Assembly (NCBI GenBank): GCA_043228905.1
Contig: JBHGNT010000002.1
Coordinates: 8,866,001 to 8,930,000 of the forward strand
Length of the DNA stretch: 64,000 nt
Direction of reading: 5' to 3'
Source of the DNA: Azolla caroliniana
Taxonomy: Eukaryota; Plantae; Polypodiophyta
Shown here: positions 51,530 to 64,000 of the stretch, piece after piece
How the letters are laid out: each line of letters begins with the position of its first letter
Numbering within the stretch: position 1 is the first letter of the stretch
Program-made: the position numbers and the translations under genes
Notes under the pieces: generated by a model
The model's input: the letters and a program-made list of their open reading frames with translations, nothing else
What the model was told of the DNA's origin: nothing
Databases searched by the model: none

Positions 51530-51840
51530 CTATGCTCATCCTTATCACAAAACAAAATTCAGCTTCCTTCAGTCCACATCAATCATCTCACCGCTTACCA
51601 CCAAGATCTTGTACAAATAACAACAAAATAAGTCTAGTATGTTTCCTCATCCCCTCATGATCTGCTTCACCCCCCCCACCATCATCACTCCTAAAAAATA
51701 GACAAACAACTTCTTTCAGTCTGCATGAACCATCTCACTGATTACCACCAAGGTCCTATGCAAATAACAACAAAATGAGTGTAGAATGTTTCCTCATCCC
51801 CTCATGATCTGCTTCAGCCTCCACACCATCACCACTCATC
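51530..51840. repeat. ~150-bp degenerate tandem duplication, also related to 40365-40455
   Basis: CATCTCAC..TTACCACCAAG..CAAATAACAACAAAAT..ATGTTTCCTCATCCCCTCATGATCTGCTTCA occurs twice. Confidence 0.8.
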
Positions 51841-52409
51841 CTCTCGTCATAACAAATATGCTTCTATCCCCATCTCCATCATCACCAATGCAAGTAAAAT
51901 TATCTCCTTGGTGGAATGTTATTCCTACCTATTGGTGAATGTGTATGTCCCACTACCCATGTAGCAACAATGACACTTAGTTGTAGTACCATCTTAGTGT
52001 TTTTTAAACACATTTATTGATATAATTGCGTGTTTTCACCAAAAACAAAAGAGAGAGGGTTGTCGTGTAAATTCAATAGGGATGTTCTCACCTTCCTCGA
52101 TGTCCCATGCCATTGAGGGTTGATGTGAGTCGTACCTTGGGTTCCGCAAGGAACGCACATGCTTAGCTAGCAAAAGCCATAGTCACAATCTCATAGTCTC
52201 AACATAATTCAAGCCTCCCCTAATAATAATGTAGCTAGCCTCCTTATATAGGCAGAAACCCTAGGCCCAAGTGTGTTCATAGTTCATTGCTTTATTTGAA
52301 GTGGTCAAGTGATAACACACTTAATAGTGTTATCCAATAACGTCGAATTGAATATTACAATTCATACCCTTGTTTTTTTCAAAATTAACCTTCATGTACT
52401 CATCATAAG

Positions 52410-52755
52410 TGTTGAGAGACAAGCTCAACATCGGCCGGATCGGCTGAGCAAGCCGAGGACCGGATTGGTTGGGACCGGATCAGTTAGGCTGGACTGGTGC
52501 GTAAAACGGATGCGTAAACTGGTATGCAGACCGGTGCGTAGGAAGGCCATATCGGTGCGTAAACCGAAAGGCCGTTAGAGAGATATTCCTCGTAGGGAAT
52601 AGTTTTGGGAGTAAGAGTCGAGGCTCATTTATGAGCAGTCAAGTACTGTCAGTACTTGTGTCAGCCCGATTGTCAGGGCTTGTATAAAAGGTGCTCACTG
52701 AGCATGGTGTATGTACAGATTGAGTATTATTTTTTGAATAGAGTTCTAGTGTTTA

Positions 52756-52786
<31 letters not shown>

Positions 52787-55700
52787 CTGTGCGTACTGTG
52801 CAAACCTAAGCTTTCCATTAAACCTGTGTTTTCTGTTGTTCGGTTTCCTATATTGCTTCCGCACGCCATTCTTTTCATGGTATCAGAGCGCGAGGGTTGA
52901 GAACCTCTGTAGGCGACTTTGCTTGAAGGAAAAACCAACGAAGAAGAACAAGAAAACCAATGGATAGAGGAATGGCTAGCTCGCTTCCGACGGAGAAGCT
53001 CGATAGAACCAACTACGCATCTTGGTCCTACAAGATGCACCAATACCTGCTTGGGCATAGTTACTGGAGCTATGTCGAAGGAGTGAATGATGTGGCACCC
53101 GAATCGACACACAAAGACTTCCCGGTGTGGGAACAATCGGCGAGCAGAGTGCTGTACTGTTTCGCATCTTGTGTGGGCGAACAACTATTAAGTTACGTTC
53201 GGGATGCAAAAACGCCAAAGGGTGCGTGGGAAAATTTGAAGTAGATCTTCGTCGTGAGCACCACAGCCACGAAGCTTCAGCTCCGACAGGAGTTGAGCAA
53301 CCTACGACAACGTGATTTGTCGGTGGCTGACTATACCTCGAAGATCAAGGACATATGCGACTCCTGAGCTTCCATCGATGTGAACATCGAGGAAAGCGAG
53401 ATGGTTCAGGTCTATCTCGGGGGTTTGGCGTCGAAGTTCGGGGCGTTCCGAACTGCTATGTGTACCCTGGAGAATACGCCGTCCTTTTTCGACTTACAAT
53501 CGATGCTCCTGGTAGAGGAGAACCACGCGGGTGCATCAACGAGCACGCACACCGACGGCAAGATGTTGTACACAGAGGGAGATAGGCCCCGTGGACGTGG
53601 AGGACGAGGCGAGTCGGTGCGCAATGGAGGCGGCCGATGAGATCAAGGAAGGAGGCACCGAAGTGATGCCGACAGCAATTCCGGACCCTCCGAAAATAGG
53701 GGGAGTCGAGGCGACGAGAACCGGCAAGGGAAATCCGCCGCGAAATGCTGGTACTGTGGCAAGAAAGGCCATAGGGAGAGCGAGTGCTGGAAAAAGCGCG
53801 CCGAGTCGAAGAGGACCAACTCCGGATCTGGTTCCAGACATACCAACAAAGGGTCTGCCTTCGTGACGAGACACGAAGCAAACTCAATGAAGCAGAACAC
53901 CCCGAAATCGGACGAGGTGTGGTACGTCGACTCCGGCGCATCAAATCACATGACGAGCCATAAGGAGTGGTTCTCGTACCTAGAAAAACCGATGCAACTG
54001 GGAGTAGTTGCAACTGGAGACGACACTCCGCATCCGATCGCGAATGTTGGAGAAGTTCCCCTGAGCCATGTCGGGCAGAAAGGGAAACTCATGAACGTGC
54101 TACATGTTCCGACAATCACGAAGAACTTGGTGTCGGTCGGACAGATCGTCGACCAAGGGATGGAGGTCCGGTTTACACACCTTAGGTGCTTCATTGAGGA
54201 ACAAGGCCGTGTTATTGCACAAGGGCGCAGAGATGGGAGGATGTTCATCCTCGACTCTACTAACGGTGGCACCGCAATGTTCGCGAAGGGACAAAAAGTT
54301 GAGTCGAACATCGACTTATGGCACAAGCGGATAGGCCACGTCAACTACCAGCGGCTTCAAGACCTGCAATCAAAACAAGTGGTGTTCGGATTACCCAAAT
54401 TTAGTGGCCGCAAGGCAAAAATTTGTGAAGCTTGCCAGCTTGGGAAGCAACACCAACTTCCTTTCCCAAACGAGCGTAACCGGAGCCGGAACAAGCTCGA
54501 CTTGATACACTCCGATGTGTGGGGGTTGGCACAAAACGTTAGTCTTTCCTCTCCTTCATCGACGACTACATGCGACACACGTGGATCTACCTCATTGAGA
54601 GGAAGAGCGAAGTCTTCGAATGTTTCCGGGACCTCAAAGGGTTCGTAGAAACGGAAACAAGAAGAAAGATCAGGTGCCTACGGTCGGATGGCGGAAAAGA
54701 ATACTTTTCCGGTCAATTCAACGGTTATCTACAACAAATGGGAATTCGACGTGAATTCAGTTGTAGATACACTCTGGAGCAAAATGGCGTGGCCGAGAGG
54801 AAAAATCGGTCGGTTGTGGAAGCGGCACAGGCAATGCTGGAGGAGAAGAGCTTGCCCAAGTTCTACTGGGCCGAGGCGGTAAGGACCGTTGTATACATCT
54901 AGAATCGGATCAGAGAAAAAGTGTTGGAGCACGAGCTATATTTCGGAATGAAGCCGAACTTGTGACACTTACGAGTTTTCGGTAGCATTGCGTATGTGCA
55001 TGTGCCGAAGGACAAACGGAGGAAGCTGGACGCAAAGGCCGAGAAATGTATCTTGGTTGGCTACTCGGATGAGCAGAAGGGTTATAAGTGTTATAACCCA
55101 TGCACCAAACAAGCGCGCGTGAGCCACGACGTTGTGTTTGATGAGTCCGCGTCCTGGTACTTGCCTCCGACTCCGGACCTCGCCTCCAATCCGAGTTCTG
55201 ATGTTGAGGCCAATGAGGCCGAGATGTCTCCAGATGAGCCTGAAATTGGGACCCGCGAAGAGAGTCCGATTTCGTTTCGGTTAAGTGGACCGAATGGACG
55301 ACTGAGTCGGTTCGACCAGTCCGATGAAGAGCCGGCGAGTAGTGAAGACTCGGCCGTGCATTCCTTGCGCAGGAAGCCGAGGAGATGGCTTATGTGCAAA
55401 GAAAAAGGGAAGAAGAAGGTGTCGGATTATGGCACGGATAGGAACGAGTTGGATCGACGCGAGTCCGACTCCGAGGGAAGTGGTGACAGGTCTTCAAGAG
55501 CGAAGTCCGCGTCGGCTGAGAAGACCTCGACATTGGCTAATGACTGATTACGCCGATTTACCCGCTAGAAGGACCCAGTTGTGTGGTTCGGATACAATGA
55601 GTACATGGCGCATCATTATGCGTACATGACCCGTGTAGCGGAAGTGCGTGAGCCGGAGATCTACGCAGAAGCGGCTAAGGACGCGAATTGGCGCGCCGCG

Positions 55701-56960
55701 ATGGAGGAAGAGATGCACGCATTGGCGGAAAACAAGACCTGGGACCTGGTTGACGCACCGAAGGGTGTGAAGCCGATTGGTGTACAAGGTAAAGTCAAAC
55801 ACTGACGGCTCGGTCAACCGATACAAGGCCCGGTTAGTAGCGAAAGGCTACGCGCAAAAACACGGCATCGACTACGATGAGACGTTTGTGCCGGTCGTGA
55901 AGATAACGACTGTCCGTGTTTTGCTCGTGGTAGCTGCGGGAAAGGAGTGGCACTTACATCAGATGGATGTAAAGAATGCGTTCCTGCAAGGTGAGCTTGA
56001 GGAACAGGTGTACATGGTACAACCCCCCGGATTTCACTCCAAACGAACACCTCGGCGGTGTGCCGATTGAAGAAGTCCCTCTACAGACTAAAGCAAGCCC
56101 CGTGTGCCTGGAACGTGAAGGTCACGCAACAACTGCGTCGGATGGGTTTTGTGACGTCGAAATCGGACTCCTCACTGTTCATCCGGAAAGGTCGACTCAG
56201 GTCGGTTAGTATTTTACTATATGTTGATGACTTGGTCATCACCGACGCCGACCTAGGTGAAATCGACCGCGTGAAGCTCTAGCTTGCGGCATCATTCGAC
56301 ATGAAGGATCTGGGGGACCTTCATTACTTCCTCGGGATTGAAGTGATCCGCACCCCCGAAGGCATACTAATCAGGCAACGTCATTACGCGCTGAATATGC
56401 TCTTCAGATTCGGGATGGCAGACCGTAAGTCTGTCTCGACTCCTTTGGATAGAACCATCAAGCTTCGCCCCGAGTCCAGAAAGGTAGGTTCCGATAGATA
56501 GTCGGCAACCTTATCTACTTGACAATCACTTGATCCGATTTCAGTTATCCGGTCTGGGTGATCAGTCGGTTCATGGTGTGACCTACCGAGGAGCACCTTC
56601 AGTGTGCACAACGCGTACTGCGGTACGTAAGCGGCACTAAGGACCGGGGACTGCTATACCGGACCGGTACAACCTCGCAGTTGGTCGGCTACACCGATGC
56701 TGATTGGGCTGGCAACGCCACCGATCGCCGATCCACATCCGGATACGCGTTCTCTCTTGGGAGTGTCGCGATCGCGTGGACAGTTGCACTGTCGAGCACT
56801 GAAGCTGAGTACCGAGGAGCGGCTATCGCGACATGCAAAGCCATATGGTTGAAGCGGCTACTTACGGACCTGCAAGAGGAGGTGTCCGATCCGACGACGA
56901 TCTACTGCGAGAACCTTAGCAACATCCAGCTCGCGAAGAACCCCATTTTGCACGCACGGA
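52410..56960 (+). mobile_element. Ty1/Copia (Bryco/Lyco-like, family B): 5' LTR plus decayed gag-pol, interrupted in RNase H by Gypsy
   Basis: 5' LTR 52410-52877; PBS 52878-52889; gag LPTEKLDRTNYASW, CWYCGKKGH, WYVDSGASNHM, INT, RT; RH stops at KNPILHAR|. Confidence 0.94.
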
Positions 56961-59900
56961 TGTCAGGAATAGTACTAAAGCAGAGATGGAATTCGTACTA
57001 AGAAGAGCAGTACTATTAGTACTAAGAGGACGGGACTGCGTAAGATTCCTGAGAGAGGAAGTGAGAAGAGGAGAGAGAGAGAGAGAGAGAGATAGCGAGG
57101 ATGAGAGAGAGAGAAAGATGATGACAACAACTAATATATTATGTGAAAAGATAAGTACAAAGCGGCTGAGAGGCTTAAGACTGGTGTTGAACCGATTTGG
57201 TTCAACATAATGCCTAGTGCCTTCTTTTATAGTGTTGTCAGGAGTAATCCTGAAACTTCTAGAATGTTCCAGAGAAATCTGGAATATACATTACTTTCTT
57301 ATAATAAAACATAAATGAAAATAATATCCTATGAATTACAATAGATGGTGTGATGGTTAAGAGCTCGACCCATATACCATAAGGTCATGGGTTTGAGTCT
57401 TGCCATCTCATGACACTATCTCCCCCTTAAAGACGACGAGTGGAACGAGTCGACGTTGATTGCGGACCGGGTTTGTCCGGATACTTTCGGTGGAAATCAG
57501 CAAGAGATCCTGAGCATTGGCAACATGCTCGACATGTTCCCAAGTGCGTTCACTCGGACTATAACAAACCCAATCGACCAAATAATAAAGTTTGTTGCGA
57601 ATAAGTTTGGAATCGAGGATGGCAGCAACTTCATACTCCGGGCCGACATCCAACTCCAGTGGGGGCGGCGGTGGTGTAACATGATCGGGAATGGTGTTTG
57701 CTTTATGAGGTTTAAGAAGAGAACAATGGAAAACCGGATGTATCTGAAGCTGCGGAGGGAGATCAAGGCGGAATGTGACATCATTAACTTTACCAGTAAT
57801 AAGGAAAGGACCGAGTCGTCGATAATCCAACTTGTCGCACGGTCGAGTAGTCTTGATGTGACGATGTAAGAGCCATACTCGATCTCTGATGGCAAAAGAG
57901 GAGGGAAGCCGATGACGATCCGCGTATGTCTTCTTTGTCTGTTGAGCATGACGAAGATGAGTCGAGAGATCTGTCTGGATCTTGCGTAGTCTCTCCAAAT
58001 GATCCTCGGCACGAGGATTGGTAGGTAGCTCCGGGGTGTCGATCACCGACTAGCGAGGATGAGAACCGGTATAAGCGTAGAATGGGGAGACTCGAGTCGA
58101 GGAGTGAACAATGTTATTATACGCAAACTCCGCAAAGTGGAGAATCTCGGCCCAATCGTCTTGTTGATAACTCAGGAAACACCGGAGATATTGCTCCAGC
58201 GTTTGGTTTGTTCATTCTGCCTGCCCATCGGTCTGAGGATGGTAGCCGGAGGAGAGGTTGCAAGAGACCTTGAGCATCTTGAAGAGATGCTGCCAAAATT
58301 TGGAGACAAATTGCGGTCCTCGGTCACTGATGATACTGTCTGGGAGGCCATGATGCCGAAATGCCTCACGCATGACTAGGGCGGCGGTTTCCTCGCTAGT
58401 GATGGCCTTTATACACGGAACAAAAACTGGCATCTTCGTATATCGATCGACGACGGTTAAGATAGCATTGAACCCCTGCGAGACCGGCAGATCTGTGATA
58501 AAATCAAGACAAATAGATTGCCACGGCTTACTTGGAATCGGTAAGGGTTCCAACAAGCCATATGGATGGTGTCGTGGCATCTTTGCTCGGCAGCAAGCAT
58601 CACAGGTCCGAACGTAGTCGTCGACAAAACGATGCATGTGGGGCCACCAAAAAGATTGCTGCACTAGCTCCAACATCTTAGTACTACCGAAATGTCCCGC
58701 CGTATGGGTGTCGTGACAATGCTGGACGATTTGAAGGTGACAGGAGCAATCGGGGACATATACGCGCTTTTTAAAGAATAACAAACCATCATGATATTCG
58801 AATTGTCGGTAGTCAATACCTGGTTGTTGAGACTGAGAACAGGATGCCCGAGAAGTATCAATGTGCGCCAAGATGTTTTGAGCAAAACTATCCATCTTCA
58901 AGTTTGCACGTATGTCATCGGTAATCCGTGAATCCATCGGGGTGTGAAAAATCTGCGTTGTGTGAAAAATCCGCATCGTGTGCAATTGTGTTGGTCCCAA
59001 GATTACTTGCTTTTGATTATCAAATGTTGGATCACCAGGACGAGGTGCAAGATATGAACGCCGTGATAGTGCATCTGCTTTTCCTTGCTGCTTCCCTGGT
59101 CGATATGTGATTTTGAAGTCGAAACGCGTGAGGAATTGCGCCCACCGAGCTTGCCGTCGATTTAGTACGCGAGCATTCTGGAAATAAGCAAGATTTTTAT
59201 GATCACTAAAGACAACGACCTGATGTGGAGAGCCCTCTAAGAAATGCCGCTATTGCACAAATGAATCCACGATGGCTAATAACTCCTTGTCATGTATTTC
59301 GTAGTTGATTTCCGCAACATCGAATTTGCGCGAATGGAAAGCCACCGGATGCAACTCTTCTTTATCTCCTTGTTGAGAAAGGATGCTACCAAGGGCGAAA
59401 TCTGAAGCATCGGCCTCCATGATTAATGGTTTGCTAGTATCCACATGAGCTAGAATCGGTGCTGATGTAAAGGCTTTCTTAAGATGCCGAAAAGCCATAT
59501 CTGCTTCAATGGACCAAATAAATGCTTGGCCCTTCTTCGTAAGTTGTGTGAGGGGTAAGATAATCTTCGAGTAATCATGTATAAACTTACGGTAGAAGTT
59601 AGCAAAACCTAGAAAACATTGTACATCTCGTACTGACCGTGGAATTTGCTACTCTAGTACAGTTTGGACTTTTGCTGGATCCATGGCGATGCCCTTTGAG
59701 GAGATGACGTAGCCTAGAAATTCCACTTGCTTGCAGTCAAAGCTACATTTTTCTAGCTTGGCATAAAGACCATTCTCGCGGAGTCGCTTTAGTACTAATA
59801 GTACATGAGAATCGTGCTCTTGCTGGGTCTTCGAATAAATCAATAGATCATCAAGATAGATGATCAAACAGATATCCAAGAGGTCTCTGAATATATCATT

Positions 59901-60177
59901 TGCCATGTGTTGGAAGACTGCGGGTGCATTGGTTAGGCCGAACGACATAACAATATACTCGAAATGCCCATACCGCGTGCGAAAGGCGGTCTTCCATTCA
60001 TCTCCCAGTCGGATCCGCACGAGGTTATACGCTCCTCGTAGATCGATTTTGGTAAAAAACTTGGCACCATTAACTCGCTCCAAAAGACTTGATATAAGAG
60101 GAAGTGCATACCTATTCCGGATGGTGACCTTATTCAATCCGCGGTAATCAACGACCAGACGAAGTGATCCATCTTTC
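56961..60177 (-). mobile_element. Ty3/Gypsy chromovirus (Tcn1-like), 3' part; same family as 1-3857; RT interrupted by Copia
   Basis: 3' LTR 56961-57415; PPT AAGGGGGAGATAG 57416-57428; chromodomain, INT (58212-59000), RH, RT YLDD; cut at K|KDGSL. Confidence 0.95.
57339..57408 (+). promoter_or_regulatory. tRNA-like A-box/B-box cassette in the second Tcn1-like LTR, antisense to the element
   Basis: TGGTGTGATGG 57346-57356 ... AAGGTCATG-GGTTTGAGTCT-TGCCATCT; AGATGG/CCATCT can close a stem. Confidence 0.55.
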
Positions 60178-60444
60178 TGTTGGGAGACAGGTCCCTCCGG
60201 ATGGTGCAGACCCGGTGAGAACTGGATGAGGAGTACCCGACTACGGAGAGCCGGATGGTGCAGACCCGGTGAGGAATGCTCACCGGATGAAGAGACATAT
60301 TTGTAAATATGTTTCTGAGAGTCCATCGTGGCTACATTTGTAAATAGCCGAAAAGTCATATTAGTATAAATATGACTTAGGCAAACTTTTAGTTGTTATT
60401 GTTATTCTTGTTGGTGCAAGAAGAAGATAGAGCGCGTAACAGTG

Positions 60445-60525
<81 letters not shown>

Positions 60526-63500
60526 CGTTGCCTCTGTTGTAACCGCCGCCTGTGGCGAAGATCGTGAGCACGAGGTCGTTGCCTCCGTGAACTCACTGTT
60601 GTACATTCTAACATAGTGATAGTTTACAGTTTGTGGGCTGCCGTGGTTTTTCCCTTAGTTTGGGTTTTCCACGTAAACATCCTACGTACTCGTCTCCTCT
60701 TCGTATCGTTCATTATTTCCCGTTTTCTGTGTATGATTCTAAGCTCAGTTGTGGCCGAGCGTTGTGCATAAGGAGCGTTGAGCTCCCGTCAAGTGGTATC
60801 AGAGCGAAACGACACAGAAAATGGACGAATCGTTAGGAGGCATGTTCAAGCTCACCGGCTCCAACTATTCGGTGTGGAAGTCGAAGATGAGGGACATGCT
60901 CGTGGTTAAAGACCTCTGGCTGCCGGTTCAGTTCGGGGACAAGAGACCGGACAAAATCAACGCCACGATATGGGAGGTGATGCACATGAAGACAACGGCG
61001 TACATACGGTGCTTCATCGACATGAGCCTGTACAACAACTTCAATGAGGAGAGCAAGGCTCATGAGCTCTGGGAGAAGATCAACATAATGTTTCGAAACG
61101 AAAATGCTGTTAATCAGGTTTCCGTATTCCGGAAGCTAGTAAGACTCCGGTACCAAGATGGCTCCAGCATGGCGGAGCACATGAATGCCTTCCAGGGGCT
61201 GATCCACCAGGCAACATCATTGGAAGTACCTCTCGCCGACGAGGTACTAGCGCTACTCCTGCTCGGTTCCCTCCCGGATAGCTGGGAGACGTTGGTTGTC
61301 ACTTTGGGCAACGCCGGGCCGGAAGGAAAGCGGTTATCCCTAGCAAGAGTAAAGTCGAGCTTGCTAGATGAGGAGGTGCGTCGGAAAGATAAAGATACGA
61401 GCTCCGACTCCAAAGCGCTCCTTACTGAATCGGAACGCGGAAGACAGAGAAATTGTAGTCCCCAGAACCGGGAGAAGTCGGGGACACGGTCAAAGTCAAG
61501 GGGGAGGCCTACTTGCTTCTATTGCGGCAAGCCAGGACACTTCCAAAAGAACTGTCGGCATTTCTGTAAAGACAAGGAAATCGACGGTACCGATTCGAAG
61601 CGGACCCCGGACCAGAACGGTAAAGACCGGAGGGGAACGGACCGGAAGGGAACGATGGCAATCGCGGCAAGTGAAGAAGAGTTGATGCTCATCACCGAGG
61701 AGAGTGAGATAAACCTTGCCGGCGACGAGATGACCTGGGTGGTAGACTCTGGAGCATCGTTCCACCTTACCCCGGACCGGAAATGCTTCTCATCCTACTC
61801 AGCCGGTGATCACGGCTGTGTCCGGATGGGGAATGAACGTACATGCCGAATTGTCGGCATAGGAGACGTGTGGCTGTCAACACCAACCGGATGCAAGTTG
61901 CTGCTGAAGGATGTCCGACACGTTCCGGAGGTTCATCTGAACCTGATATCAGCCGGTCGGCTAGATGATGAAGGCTACACGGGTAGCATTCGGAACGGTG
62001 TCATGAAGTTCAGCAAAGGGAGCCTGATTGTGGCTCGGGCCCGGAAGGTCAACACACTGTACCTGATGAATGCCCGGTTATGTCCGGAAGAAGTGAACGT
62101 GGCATCCGACACTGCCGGTGAGCTGTGGCACAAGAGGCTATGTCATATGAGCGAGAAGGGGATGAAGAGGCTTGCAGACGACAACCTCATTCCAGTGAAG
62201 AACGTGCACTTGGAGAAGTGCAATGATTGCCTGGCCGGTAAGCAAAACCGGACCTCCTTCCGACCAAGGACACCGATGAGACGTAATGCACCACTGGAGT
62301 TGGTGCATACAGATGTGTGTCAATTAGACACGAAGTCACATGCCGGAGCACAGTATTTCGTGACGTTCATAGATGAGCACAGCCGGAAGCTGTGGGCCAC
62401 ACCGTTGAAGACGAAGGATCAGGTGCTATCCGTCTTCAAAGAGCTCCACGTGAGAGTGGAAAGAGAAACCGGCCGGAAGCTAAAGGCGGATCGAGCAGAT
62501 AACGGAGGAGAATACCGGGGGCAGTTCGAGGAGTACTGCCGCTCGAAGGGAATCCGGCTCGAATTTACCGTGCCGAAGATGCCGGAACTAAACGGACTGG
62601 CCGAGAGGATGAACCGGACCATAATGGAGAGGGTCTAGAGTATGCTAGCGCATGCAAAATTACCCAAGAAGTTTTGGGCTGAGGCATTGTCGACGGCGAC
62701 ATATGTGATAAATAGATCACCCTCAGTACCCTTGGACGCAGACACGCCACAGAGAGTATGGACCGGTAAGGAAGTATCCTACCGGCATCTGAAGGTGTTC
62801 GGGTGTCTCGCGTACGTGCATGTAGCTAAGGACCGGAGAGGAAAGTTAGATCCAAAGACCCGGCCATGCATCTTCCTCGGTTACGGTGCCGATGAGTTCA
62901 GCTACCGAGTGTGGGACCTGGTTGACAAGAAGGTATTCCGGAGTCGAGATATTATCTTCATAGAGGACAAGACACTCGCCGACTAGGAGTCGGAGAAGAA
63001 GATAATGAACCCCGAGTCGACCGGTAAGGATCGACTCTATGATGAGCAGAAGTAGAGGAAGCTAAAACCGGAACCGGCCAAGACCCCGAATCGGATTCGG
63101 ATGAAGAGCAAATAGAGGAGCCGGTTACCGAAGCCCAAAGACAGAGATATCCTCTCAGAGAGAGAAGGCCCCCCCGGAGATTTCCGGATGCAGAGCATGT
63201 TCTGCCGACCGATGAGGGGAGCCAGAAAGCTTCGAAGAAGCGAAGGATGACACCCACAACCGCAAATGGTTAAGTGCCATGCAGGACGAGATGGATTCCC
63301 TGCATGAGAACCATACGTACGAATTGGTGGAGTTGCCGAAAGGAAAGCGGGCACTCCGAAACAAGTGGGTGTACAAGTTGAAACTGGGAGATGCTGGCAA
63401 CCCCCCGAGATACAAAGCCAGGATCGTGGTGAAGGGGTTCCAGCAGAAAAAGGGCGTGGACTTTGACGAGATATTTGCCCCGGTAGTAAAGATGACCTCC

Positions 63501-64000
63501 ATCCGGACGGTGCTGAGTATAGCAGCAAGCATGGACCTCGAGGTAGAACAGTTGGATGTGAAGACGACATTCCTTCACGGCGACCTCGAACAGGAGATCT
63601 ACATGCAGCAACCGGAAGGATTCGTGGAGAAAGGGAAGGAGCACCTGATATGCTGGTTGAAGAAGAGCCTGTACGGACTGAAGCAGGCTCCCCGACAATG
63701 GTACCGGAAGTTCGATTCCTTCATGACCGATCAAGGGTACCACAAGACGCAGGCCGATCATTGCGTGTTTGTGAAGAAGTTCGAAGGAGGCGACTTCCTG
63801 ATACTCCTTCTGTACGTGGACGACATGTTGATCATCGGGCGGGACCAAGCCAAAATACGGATGCTGAAGAAGGCTCTCAATCGGACCTTCTCAATGAAAG
63901 ACTTGGGTCTGGCAAGATAGATGTTGGGGATGCACATCATTCGGGACCGGTCAAGGAAGCAATTATGGCTGTCACAGGAGAAGTACGTGACAAAGGTGCT
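60178..64000 (+). mobile_element. Ty1/Copia (Tnt1/Tork-like, family A), 5' part, inserted in Gypsy RT
   Basis: 5' LTR 60178-60791 (TGTTGGG...CCCGTCA; internal 23-bp duplication at 60197/60251; (AG)n 60448-60522); PBS TGGTATCAGAGC 60794-60805. Confidence 0.95.
60821..62638 (+). CDS. Copia Gag-protease-integrase (N-part) ORF, 605 aa, ending at a premature stop
   Basis: KLTGSNYSVW, zinc knuckle CFYCGKPGHFQKNC, WVVDSGAS, LWHKRLCHMS, LVHTDVC, ADNGGEY; continues in ORFs 62642-62986 and 63279-63920 (RT, YVDD). Confidence 0.9.
   Translation: MDESLGGMFKLTGSNYSVWKSKMRDMLVVKDLWLPVQFGDKRPDKINATIWEVMHMKTTAYIRCFIDMSLYNNFNEESKAHELWEKINIMFRNENAVNQVSVFRKLVRLRYQDGSSMAEHMNAFQGLIHQATSLEVPLADEVLALLLLGSLPDSWETLVVTLGNAGPEGKRLSLARVKSSLLDEEVRRKDKDTSSDSKALLTESERGRQRNCSPQNREKSGTRSKSRGRPTCFYCGKPGHFQKNCRHFCKDKEIDGTDSKRTPDQNGKDRRGTDRKGTMAIAASEEELMLITEESEINLAGDEMTWVVDSGASFHLTPDRKCFSSYSAGDHGCVRMGNERTCRIVGIGDVWLSTPTGCKLLLKDVRHVPEVHLNLISAGRLDDEGYTGSIRNGVMKFSKGSLIVARARKVNTLYLMNARLCPEEVNVASDTAGELWHKRLCHMSEKGMKRLADDNLIPVKNVHLEKCNDCLAGKQNRTSFRPRTPMRRNAPLELVHTDVCQLDTKSHAGAQYFVTFIDEHSRKLWATPLKTKDQVLSVFKELHVRVERETGRKLKADRADNGGEYRGQFEEYCRSKGIRLEFTVPKMPELNGLAERMNRTIMERV

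Overview
Repeat-dominated eukaryotic nuclear DNA from a non-seed land plant, most likely a fern or lycophyte (inferred from PLS-type PPR fragments and Tcn1-like, Phygy-like and RTEX retroelements). Only one host gene looks intact: an intronless U-box/ARM E3 ligase (43997-45262, minus). The rest is nested, mostly decayed mobile DNA: two copies of a Tcn1-like chromovirus, three Tnt1/Tork-like Copia copies, three Bryco/Lyco-like Copia copies (one full length with TSD), a Trp-primed Phygy-like Gypsy fragment, a 1.4-kb solo LTR, a non-coding Arg-primed element, L1-like LINE 3' ends, an internally deleted RTEX LINE, a hAT MITE, PPR pseudogenes and unidentified decayed exons. The most striking unexplained signal is that two unrelated Gypsy LTR families each carry a tRNA-like A-box/B-box cassette near the U3 end, antisense to the element. 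This suggests an LTR-borne Pol III/TFIIIC module. Family names come from motif recognition, not database searches.
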